This document shows positions 32,204-39,700 of a DNA stretch of 39,700 bases, piece by piece. Under the pieces are notes generated by a model that was not told the origin of the DNA, ran no database searches, and saw only the letters and a program-made list of their open reading frames with translations. The position numbers and the translations under genes were made by a program. Numbering within the stretch: the stretch's first letter is position 1; every line of letters begins with the position of its first letter. This DNA is from Pirellulales bacterium. GTDB lineage: Bacteria > Planctomycetota > Planctomycetia > Pirellulales > UBA7805. The DNA is taken from contig JAQWPY010000128.1 in assembly GCA_029245145.1 (NCBI GenBank), positions 1-39,700 of the forward strand, in the 5' to 3' direction.

Positions 32204-33459
32204 CAGTCTGAAATGGCTGGTAGTAATTTCGTGGTGACTTCACCAAAACCCACACGATAACCATCGCCCTGGCAGAAGCCACTCATGGTGACGCGATCGC
32301 CGTCGTTCAAAAATACCCGTTGATCGCCACCTGGCAACTGGATCGGCTCCTCTCCTTTCCAGGAAAGTTCGAGCATACACCCGCGCGAGTGTTTGTCAGG
32401 ACCACTGATGGTTCCCGATGCCAACAAATCACCCACCCGTACATTGCAACCGTTGACCGTGTGGTGAGCCAGTTGTTGATGAATACTCCAGTAGAGATAC
32501 TGAAAATTAGAGTGGGAAATTTTAACCGTGGCCTTGCCATCTTCCGGAGTTAAGAAAACATGTAGTTCGATGTCATATGTACAGTCATTCTCCCAATGCA
32601 AGTAGGGCAACACCGCTGGGGCTTGTGCCGGAAGAGGACGACGGAAAGGGGCCAAAGCATCGCTGGTGACAACCCAGGGTGAGAGTGAGGTTGCAAAATT
32701 CTTGGCCAAGAACGGTCCGAGGGGCACATACTCCCACTTTTGTATATCACGCGCACTCCAATCGTTCACCAGGACCATCCCAAAAATATGATCCGCTGCG
32801 CGTGCGACGGGAATCGGTTCCCCGAGTCGTGTTTCAGCTCCGACAAAAAATCCCATCTCCAATTCAAAATCGATAGCGCGGCTTGGACCGTAAGTATCGG
32901 CGCCCAGTTGACCTCGTGGTCTGCGAATATTGGTGCCACTTGGAATGAGTGAACTGGAGCGACCGTGGTAGGCAACCGGCAGATGCAGCCAATTAGGCTG
33001 CAAGGCGTTATCGGCTCCACGGAGCATTGTGCCCACGTTCGTTGCATGGAAGCGGGACGAGTAGAAATCAGTGTAATCGGGGACCTCAACAGGAAGCTGC
33101 ATTTCGCAATCTTCCTGATTAAGCAAAACAGTCTCCCTCAATGTTTTATCATCTTGCAACTCCGGACATTCGGAGTTCAATAATTCCGTAACCCGCTTCC
33201 GCACTGCGGTCCAACCAGATCGCCCAACTGCCATAAATTGATTGAGCGATGAATTTGAAAAAACGGGGGTCGAGGCACCGAAGTTTCCGAGGACGCCGCG
33301 TTTTTCCAATTCGGCAAGATCCAGCAGGAGCGAACCGATCGCCACACCTACCCGCAAGTCACCCTGGGTAGGATGCTTAAAAATACCGTAAGGAAGATTA
33401 AAAATTGAAAAGTGCGAATCGGGCGCGACTTCCACAAAGCTTCGAGTTCCAGAGTTCAT
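32203..33459 (-). CDS. fahA: Fumarylacetoacetase
   Basis: HFSIFNLPYG, DYTDFYSSRFHATNVG, PVAYHGRSSS, DFELEMG, VNDWSARDIQKWEYVPLGPF and GDLLASGTISG; GGAGG RBS before ATG 33459. Confidence 0.97.
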   Translation of the reverse strand: MNSGTRSFVEVAPDSHFSIFNLPYGIFKHPTQGDLRVGVAIGSLLLDLAELEKRGVLGNFGASTPVFSNSSLNQFMAVGRSGWTAVRKRVTELLNSECPELQDDKTLRETVLLNQEDCEMQLPVEVPDYTDFYSSRFHATNVGTMLRGADNALQPNWLHLPVAYHGRSSSLIPSGTNIRRPRGQLGADTYGPSRAIDFELEMGFFVGAETRLGEPIPVARAADHIFGMVLVNDWSARDIQKWEYVPLGPFLAKNFATSLSPWVVTSDALAPFRRPLPAQAPAVLPYLHWENDCTYDIELHVFLTPEDGKATVKISHSNFQYLYWSIHQQLAHHTVNGCNVRVGDLLASGTISGPDKHSRGCMLELSWKGEEPIQLPGGDQRVFLNDGDRVTMSGFCQGDGYRVGFGEVTTKLLPAISD

Positions 33460-33479
33460 GGATAACCTTCCTCCCAAAC

Positions 33480-34436
33480 CTACGAGATCGATTGGTTTGA
33501 CAGTAATCCTAAAGTTTCTAAATCGTCGATCGGCTCCGAAAAACTACAGCTTCCAAAGGATAAAAACCGATCTCTGCCCGCGATAACTTCCATTTGATCG
33601 GCGCACGCCCCACGCCATCCCACGTGATCGTCTGAAAATATAAAATGATCAGCATTCGCATCGGTGACGAGTTCCCGCAACTGTGAGGAAGTGATCTTTT
33701 TTGCTCCCCAGAGAACGACCCCTAACAGCAGATTCAAAAATCCATGCATCACAACGCCAATGTCTGGGCAGGTATACGGCAATGGATGATGTAGGCCGGC
33801 CGTTGCTTTCCAGGGAATGTGTGCCGATTCGCAGAGTTCGATGACATCGGCAAGCGCGGCGCCTGAGGGAAAATGTTGTGCTTCCATGCCACCCGTTCGC
33901 AGCTTCAGGCCCCGGTGAGAGGGTGTCTGCTGATGCGGGCCGAGGGCATCGACGAGGGCGCGACGATGATCTGCCGATATTGTCTCAAAAAAAAGATCGA
34001 CATCAGCGAGGTTTGCATTTTCGGTGCGCGAATTTATTTCCTCAATCGTTTGTGCGAAGGAGGGGGTGTCCGCTGCCAGGGCACTGGGCAGGGCAATTTC
34101 CAAAACTTTGAGTTTGGCACTATTGTCCTTGATGTGGTGTGATTCAATGGCCGCAAAATCGTCATCGAGACGTTGGATCCATTCTGCCGATGTTGCACCC
34201 CCTCCGACGAGTACCGAAAGGGTCCAGGGTCGGTTTGGAGCATCGCTTGAAATTAATTGATCGAGTTCGCTTAACCGTTGTGCGGGCACAATGAAATGCC
34301 GGAGCATCGCACAGTAGGTTCCGTCTTGATCGGCTGTATATTGATTGACGGCCTGATTCAATTCGAGACTTGCAGGGGGAAAGAGGCCTGCATAATCGAT
34401 GATACGGGCAAGCAGATGGCCCAGAGCGGCGGTCAT
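33480..34436 (-). CDS. Uncharacterised protein orfX in the homogentisate operon; candidate maleylacetoacetate isomerase
   Basis: 318-aa ORF with ATGA overlap to hmgA; motif-like blocks IDYAGLFPPA, KLRTGG, WKATAGLHHP, MHGFLNL and SFGSCSFSEP; function inferred from context only. Confidence 0.85.
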   Translation of the reverse strand: MTAALGHLLARIIDYAGLFPPASLELNQAVNQYTADQDGTYCAMLRHFIVPAQRLSELDQLISSDAPNRPWTLSVLVGGGATSAEWIQRLDDDFAAIESHHIKDNSAKLKVLEIALPSALAADTPSFAQTIEEINSRTENANLADVDLFFETISADHRRALVDALGPHQQTPSHRGLKLRTGGMEAQHFPSGAALADVIELCESAHIPWKATAGLHHPLPYTCPDIGVVMHGFLNLLLGVVLWGAKKITSSQLRELVTDANADHFIFSDDHVGWRGACADQMEVIAGRDRFLSFGSCSFSEPIDDLETLGLLSNQSIS

Positions 34437-35590
34437 GGCTCAACCCAACTCTGCCCGTACGTGGGATCTTCAAGTGCCACTGCACTTTCAGCCACCTGGA
34501 GAGGATGAAAAGTGTCGATCATCACGGCCAACTCCTCGGTTCGCTTGCCGCCGATCGATGCTTCCGCCCTCCCCGGTTGCGGGCCGTGCGGTAATCCGGC
34601 CGGGTGCAGCGTGAGTGACCCGAAACCCGCACCGCTCCGACTAATGAACTGATCGTTGGCGTAATAAATGACCTCATCACTCATGACATTGGAGTGATTG
34701 TAGGGTGCCGGTACGGCATCTGGATGATAGTCAAGCATGCGAGGTGTGAATGAGCAGAGCACAAATTGATCTGCTTGTAACGTTTGGTGGACCGGAGGCG
34801 GTTGGTGTAGGGATCCTGTAATAGGCTCAAAATCATGGATAGAAAGCGCCCACGGATAGTAACATCCATCCCACCCCACCACATCGCACGGATGATGATC
34901 AAGCGTGGTTTCGGTCAAATGATTGCGCTGCTTTACGACAACGCGAAACTCTCCCCGCTGATCGTTGCATTTGAGTTCTTCTGGTGCTCGAACATCTCGT
35001 TCACAGAAGGGCGCCTGCTCCATCAATTGTCCTTCGCGCGTCAAATAACGCGAGGGAAAACGGATGTAGCTGGGCGTCTCAAAAATGAGCATCGTGTGTG
35101 GCGTCGCCTCGAGGCAAAAGCGATGTAAAATGCCTCGCGGGACCACCACATAATCGCCTTCGCGATAATGAAGCAGGCCGAATTCACTCTCCAAAACTCC
35201 GCAACCCTGGCTGATGTAGTGTACCTGATCCGCTTGACCGTTACGGAAAAAAAACTCATCGGTTTTTTGCGGTCGCACAATAGATACGACGACGTCGCGA
35301 TTAAAGAGTAATGGAGTACGCTCCAGTGTCGCACTGCTCACTTCTTTTAGTTCCGCAGTACGAAAATGCCGCATCCGCACACTCTCGTCGGCCGCCTCGT
35401 CGATTTGGTTGTGATCAAGAGGTCGGCTCGAGAGAATTTGGGTTGGTCTGTGGGTGTGATAGAGAAGCGATGCCGGCCCGTCGAATCCGAGGGTCCCCAT
35501 CAGATGCTCGGCGTATAAGCCTCCATCCGGACGCCGAAAGGCGGTGTGCCTTTTCGCAGGTAGCTCACCACGTTGCTGATAACAGGGCAT
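34433..35590 (-). CDS. hmgA: Homogentisate 1,2-dioxygenase (short bacterial type)
   Basis: KRHTAFR, LMGTLGFDGPASLLYH, DVVGWDGCYYPW, HQPPPVHQT, PYNHSNVMSDEVIYY (Fe ligands), TLHPAGLPHGP and ELAVMIDTF. Confidence 0.95.
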   Translation of the reverse strand: MPCYQQRGELPAKRHTAFRRPDGGLYAEHLMGTLGFDGPASLLYHTHRPTQILSSRPLDHNQIDEAADESVRMRHFRTAELKEVSSATLERTPLLFNRDVVVSIVRPQKTDEFFFRNGQADQVHYISQGCGVLESEFGLLHYREGDYVVVPRGILHRFCLEATPHTMLIFETPSYIRFPSRYLTREGQLMEQAPFCERDVRAPEELKCNDQRGEFRVVVKQRNHLTETTLDHHPCDVVGWDGCYYPWALSIHDFEPITGSLHQPPPVHQTLQADQFVLCSFTPRMLDYHPDAVPAPYNHSNVMSDEVIYYANDQFISRSGAGFGSLTLHPAGLPHGPQPGRAEASIGGKRTEELAVMIDTFHPLQVAESAVALEDPTYGQSWVEP

Positions 35591-35599
35591 GGATTGTGC

Positions 35600-36688
35600 C
35601 TAGAGATTTCCTCGAGCTGCTTGTTCCCGTTCGATCGCTTCAAAAAGCGATTTGAAATTACCCTTTCCGAATGACTGAGAACCGCAGCGTTGGATGATCT
35701 CATAAAAAAGTGTAGGGCGATCTTCCACAGGACGCGTGAAAATTTGTAATAGATAGCCTTCCTCATCACGGTCGACCAAAATATCCAAATTTTCGATCGC
35801 CTGGCAGTCTTCATTAATGTCCCCTACGCGATCCCAGATCGATTCGTAGTAGGAAGAGGGTATTTTCAAAAATTCCACACCGGCCTGACGAAGAACCGAG
35901 ACGGTATGCAAAATATCGCCCGTTTGGAGAGCAACATGTTGTACACCAGCCCCGCGGTGCGACTCAAGATATTCCTGGATTTGACTCTTACGGCGTCCTG
36001 CCGCAGGTTCATTAATAGGAAATTTCACTTTCGCCGTCGGGCTTGCCATCACCTTGCTGCGAAGCGCCGAGTATTCGGTTGAAATATCCTTATCGTCAAA
36101 AGAAAGAAATTGATTGAACCCAAAGACGCGCTCGTAATAGTCGACCCACTCGTTCATTTTTCCATCTTCGACGTTACCGACAATATGGTCCACTGACACG
36201 AGACCGAAGTCGGGTTCTGCCACTCGCTGGATCTTGTAACCCGGAAGAAATGCGCCAGTGTAGTCATCGATCGAGATCAGGGAGTGTAGTGTATCTCCGT
36301 AGGCGTATATTTTTGCCCGACGCACGCGGCCCTGCGAGTCTGACATATCGTACGGTTCGCGGGCGACTGCCCCTCCCCGATCCACAATCGCCTTGAAATG
36401 TTGATCCACATCATCGACCACAAATGCAATATCCAGAACACTGTCACCTCGCATACGATGGCGTTCCCCCATCGGATCTTCCGGAGTCAACGGCGTACTC
36501 AAAACGAGTCGTATTTTTCCCTGAGCCATGACATAAGAGGCTTGGTCACGCACGCCGGTTTCCGGACCGGCATAAGCAATTTGAGAAAATCCGAACGCCT
36601 TACGGTAGTAATACGCTGCCTGTTTGGCATTGCCTACGAGCAGTTCCACATGATGGACGCCCTGGAGGGGGAGGGGTTCGCTTGACAT
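35600..36688 (-). CDS. hppD: 4-hydroxyphenylpyruvate dioxygenase
   Basis: VGNAKQAA, VDHIVGNV, EYSALRSKV, SQIQEYL, GVQHVAL, YLLQIFT, FYEIIQR and FGKGNFKSLFEAIEREQ; ATG 36688 preferred over 36733. Confidence 0.97.
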   Translation of the reverse strand: MSSEPLPLQGVHHVELLVGNAKQAAYYYRKAFGFSQIAYAGPETGVRDQASYVMAQGKIRLVLSTPLTPEDPMGERHRMRGDSVLDIAFVVDDVDQHFKAIVDRGGAVAREPYDMSDSQGRVRRAKIYAYGDTLHSLISIDDYTGAFLPGYKIQRVAEPDFGLVSVDHIVGNVEDGKMNEWVDYYERVFGFNQFLSFDDKDISTEYSALRSKVMASPTAKVKFPINEPAAGRRKSQIQEYLESHRGAGVQHVALQTGDILHTVSVLRQAGVEFLKIPSSYYESIWDRVGDINEDCQAIENLDILVDRDEEGYLLQIFTRPVEDRPTLFYEIIQRCGSQSFGKGNFKSLFEAIEREQAARGNL

Positions 36689-36822
36689 GAATTCATTTCC
36701 TAATGCGAGCGACTTAATTTCCACGCATCTCACAGATGACGGAGGTTCAGATGAGCATTGTATACTTCAATCCCTGACGATTGTCTATCAATGCAAATCG
36801 ATGGGCCGCAGAGGACGACAGA

Positions 36823-37512
36823 TCACGTTCTACCGCTCGGCGGCCCCATACTGCCGACGATTTCGTAGATTCCCAGAAAATGGCAACCGCTGCCGAGAAT
36901 GACCAGCAGATGCCAAATCGAGTGGAAATAAGGCACGCGATGATCCAGCACAAGAAAAACAACCCCCGCCGTATAAGAGACGCCTCCGGCCATGAGCCAA
37001 AAAATGGCATTTTCGGGAATAAGTGACACACTGCCATAAAATGTGAAAATCGGAATCCAACTGAGGGCCACGTAGGAAATGGTTCCATTCCTATCGATGT
37101 TCGCCCGCACGACAGTTCGATGGATGAAGCAAGCGAAAGCAAGTGCCCACACGAGTACCAAGAGCGAACGATTCCGGGCAGTCTCAAGCAGGGGCAGGCT
37201 GAATCCTGTATAAGACCCTGCGATGAGCAGGTAAATCAGACCTTGATCCCAAACCCGCCAGCGAAAACGCCATCCCTCATTCTGAATGGCATGAGAAAGC
37301 GTGGATGCCAGATAAACGCAGATCAAAGTCGTCGTATAGATCAGACTTGCGACCAGCGGAAGCAGCACTTCGCTTGCAGTCGCTCTCCAGCAGAGGAAAC
37401 CACCTGCAATAAGACTGAGTACCAACCCCACCCCGTGCGTGAGGGTATTGGTCCATTCCTCCTGCCGCGACCGCGATGGCCCGCGACGGGGTTCGGTAAG
37501 TGAGCTATCCAT
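36823..37512 (-). CDS. Hemolysin III / PAQR family membrane protein
   Basis: EEWTNTLTHGVG, STLSH, DQGLIYLLIAGSYT, GGVSYTAG and HSIWHLLV zinc-site motifs; about 7 hydrophobic segments. Confidence 0.92.
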   Translation of the reverse strand: MDSSLTEPRRGPSRSRQEEWTNTLTHGVGLVLSLIAGGFLCWRATASEVLLPLVASLIYTTTLICVYLASTLSHAIQNEGWRFRWRVWDQGLIYLLIAGSYTGFSLPLLETARNRSLLVLVWALAFACFIHRTVVRANIDRNGTISYVALSWIPIFTFYGSVSLIPENAIFWLMAGGVSYTAGVVFLVLDHRVPYFHSIWHLLVILGSGCHFLGIYEIVGSMGPPSGRT

Positions 37513-37593
37513 AGCAGACCATAGCAGATGCGAGATCAATCGTCCGTGTTGGAAGAAAATATAGTTTTCTTCAGTATTACCATTTTTCTTGGA

Positions 37594-39156
37594 TCAATCT
37601 TTTCCGTTCGTTTCCGAAATCGCCCCTTTTTTATCCTCGGAATTCCCTTCCCAGGCGGAGGCAAGATCTTTGGAGTATTGGTAACGAATCCCCTCATCTT
37701 CCAAAATCGACTCCGTAATATCGAACATTTCTTGACGAGGAAATACGAGTGTTTCATATTGCCCTGCCAAATGAAACGTGATGAATTCCCCCTTGGCTCC
37801 TCGGATAAGTTCGACCAGATGTTTCAGACTTTTGACGGGCTGATCATCCACACGATCGACAACCGCAAATAGTTGTGGATCATAGCCTTCATGGATCGGA
37901 TGGGGAAACATGCGCGCGCCCATCACCACCAGTTCTTCCCTGCCACTATCGGCCAAGTCATACCGCGAACGAATGAGGGGATTGCGTCTCGCCGCAAGCA
38001 ATGCTTCGCCACGCGGTCCTGCGGTTCGTAATAAATCCTGGCTCGCAGAGGAAAAAACAATCGGGCCGAAAATGAAGTGAGGCGGATACGTTCCCTTTAA
38101 GGGGCTCACGAGCCAATCGGGCTCGATGACCAGCGGTAGTTCTATGTTCATTTCCTTCCCGTCACGAAGAATCGTCAGGGGCAGGAAACCCTCTTTCTCG
38201 AATCGTGGAATAAGGTATTGAAACGAGAGCCTCAAATTATCCTCGACCTGCACATTCCCTTCGGGATCGAGTGGTACATCACCAATCCGGGTCACGACAT
38301 CCCAAGCCTGTAAAGGATAGCCCTCTTCATCTTGATAGGGCTCGTGAATCATCACTCCGCCCGTTCCCGAAGGTAGCTTGAGCCTTCTGCGTAGCGCCGA
38401 ATTGAGGACGGTTTGCATTTCATCCAACATTTTGTATTTCCCGCGATAGGTACCATCCTCTAGGTCAGCAAGAAATAAGCGAATCTCCTCCGCCGGAATG
38501 AGGTAACCAATATTTTCTGCCGAGGGGATTCCACTGAAGACGAGGCCCACAATTTTTCCATTGGCAAGAGCCGGTCCACCGCTGTTGCCAGGATTGAGTG
38601 CGGCATCGATTTGAATACGCAAACCTTGGGTCAAGTCAAAGTAACCCGTAAATTCAATCCGAGAGATAATCCCCTCGGTGATCGATAATTGATCGCCACC
38701 GATAGGATATCCATAAACGTTTACCGTTTCTTTTAGTGTCGGAATGCCGTTGGCGAGCGTGAGTGGATCACGATTTTCAAAAAATGATTCGTCGTCAATC
38801 TCCAAAAGTGCCAAATCCATGCCGGGGGCAATCCCGACCACGCGGGCTGGAATTCTTTCAGTCGATTGATACCCCTGCACGAGCAACCGGCTTGAATATT
38901 GGACGACGTGTGCATTAGTGAGAATCCGTTTCCCCTCGATAATAACTCCCGAACCGGTCGATTGTCGCAACGGTCCCTTGGTCCACGGACGAAGAAAATC
39001 GGGCGCCCGACGACTGGAATGTATTTTGACTACCGCATTGCGGATGGGATCGTCAGCCCAACCGGAAATCGCGAGCGAGAACGAGAATAAGAAAACCAGG
39101 CTGCGAGGGATCACAGATAACCTCCATAAAAAAGTGCCAACCGTACTGACCGCCAT
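37594..39156 (-). CDS. S1C (HtrA/Deg) serine protease with PDZ-like C-terminal domains
   Basis: TGSGVII, LTNAHVV (His), DLALL (Asp), IDAALNPGNSGGP (Ser); signal-like segment before ADDPIR; start uncertain (ORF is open to 39246). Confidence 0.9.
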   Translation of the reverse strand: MAVSTVGTFLWRLSVIPRSLVFLFSFSLAISGWADDPIRNAVVKIHSSRRAPDFLRPWTKGPLRQSTGSGVIIEGKRILTNAHVVQYSSRLLVQGYQSTERIPARVVGIAPGMDLALLEIDDESFFENRDPLTLANGIPTLKETVNVYGYPIGGDQLSITEGIISRIEFTGYFDLTQGLRIQIDAALNPGNSGGPALANGKIVGLVFSGIPSAENIGYLIPAEEIRLFLADLEDGTYRGKYKMLDEMQTVLNSALRRRLKLPSGTGGVMIHEPYQDEEGYPLQAWDVVTRIGDVPLDPEGNVQVEDNLRLSFQYLIPRFEKEGFLPLTILRDGKEMNIELPLVIEPDWLVSPLKGTYPPHFIFGPIVFSSASQDLLRTAGPRGEALLAARRNPLIRSRYDLADSGREELVVMGARMFPHPIHEGYDPQLFAVVDRVDDQPVKSLKHLVELIRGAKGEFITFHLAGQYETLVFPRQEMFDITESILEDEGIRYQYSKDLASAWEGNSEDKKGAISETNGKD

Positions 39157-39273
39157 TCTAGCGGAAAGCAGCACCCGAGCGGGATGGCGAAAAAGGGCGT
39201 CCTCAGATGGCATCCCAATAGCCGCAGGGTCGGCTATTTTGGGCACATCAGCCGGAAGGTTTCGCCGTTCGCG

Positions 39274-39699
39274 TCAGGCAATAATCGACTCTACGGCGCG
39301 CGCCGGCTCCACTCCGGTAAGCCGCATATCGAGTCCCTGATAGGGAACGCTGAACTTCATGTGATCGATTCCCATCAGGTGCAGGATCGTTGCGTGGAGG
39401 TCGCGGACATGCACAATATCCTGCTCCGCATGATAACCAAAGGGATCGGTTGCACCATGTGTGATCCCCGGCTTGATTCCCCCACCTGCCATCCAGATCG
39501 AGAAACCTTTGATATGATGGTCCCTGCCGACGCTTCCTTTTCCTTGGAACATAGGAGTCCGACCGAATTCTCCTCCCCACACGACGAGCGTTTCATCCAA
39601 AAGCCCTCTCTGTTCCAGGTCGGTGACCAGCGCCCAGGCAGGCTGATCGGTCAACCGACAACAGATGTTCATATATTTCTCCAATCCTCCATGATGATC
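39274..39699 (-). CDS. DUF1501 family protein, 3' part (5'-truncated by the window edge)
   Basis: Frame is open to the edge (DHHGGLEK...); [47 protein letters not shown] and [11 protein letters not shown] are typical of planctomycete DUF1501 proteins. Confidence 0.9.
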   Translation of the reverse strand, partial: DHHGGLEKYMNICCRLTDQPAWALVTDLEQRGLLDETLVVWGGEFGRTPMFQGKGSVGRDHHIKGFSIWMAGGGIKPGITHGATDPFGYHAEQDIVHVRDLHATILHLMGIDHMKFSVPYQGLDMRLTGVEPARAVESIIA

Positions 39700-39700
39700 C

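Noticed and set aside
28729-36688. Possible genomic island integrated at tRNA-Pro (GT4 plus catabolic operon)
   Set aside because: No integrase or transposase, and no duplicated tRNA 3' end was seen within the window. An att site beyond the window cannot be excluded.
36823-37512. Hemolysin III gene as a toxin or virulence factor
   Set aside because: The family name is historical; PAQR/YqfA-type proteins are widespread membrane-homeostasis proteins.

Overview
Gene-dense bacterial chromosomal window, very likely from a planctomycete (Pirellulales-like). This is inferred from a DUF1501-type gene, the groEL-groES-groEL arrangement, an FtsK with acidic tracts and ValS insertions. Left to right it holds: a lipase-like alpha/beta hydrolase, a membrane Ser/Thr kinase, prpD-like, truB, ftsK, a cimA-valS pair behind a promoter/leader/terminator element, a DUF151 nuclease, a hom-apgM-lysC operon and an M42 peptidase. 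Next comes a chaperone cluster with a sigma54-type promoter (groEL1-groES-groEL2-dnaJ-grpE-FmdB-yacG; yacG is missing from the ORF track), a membrane protein, tRNA-Pro(CGG) and a GT4 glycosyltransferase. The right end has a tyrosine/homogentisate catabolic operon (hppD-hmgA-orfX-fahA-acetoacetyl-CoA synthetase), a hemolysin III/PAQR protein, a Deg protease and a truncated DUF1501 gene. The top lead is orfX (33480-34436). It sits exactly where the absent maleylacetoacetate isomerase belongs in pathway order and is a candidate new glutathione-independent isomerase. Other leads are an attenuator-like leader before cimA-valS, sigma54/enhancer control of a chaperone cluster that also carries a gyrase inhibitor, and a long Trp-punctuated acidic FtsK tail. 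No mobile element or CRISPR array was seen. All calls are from motif recognition by eye; no database searches were run.
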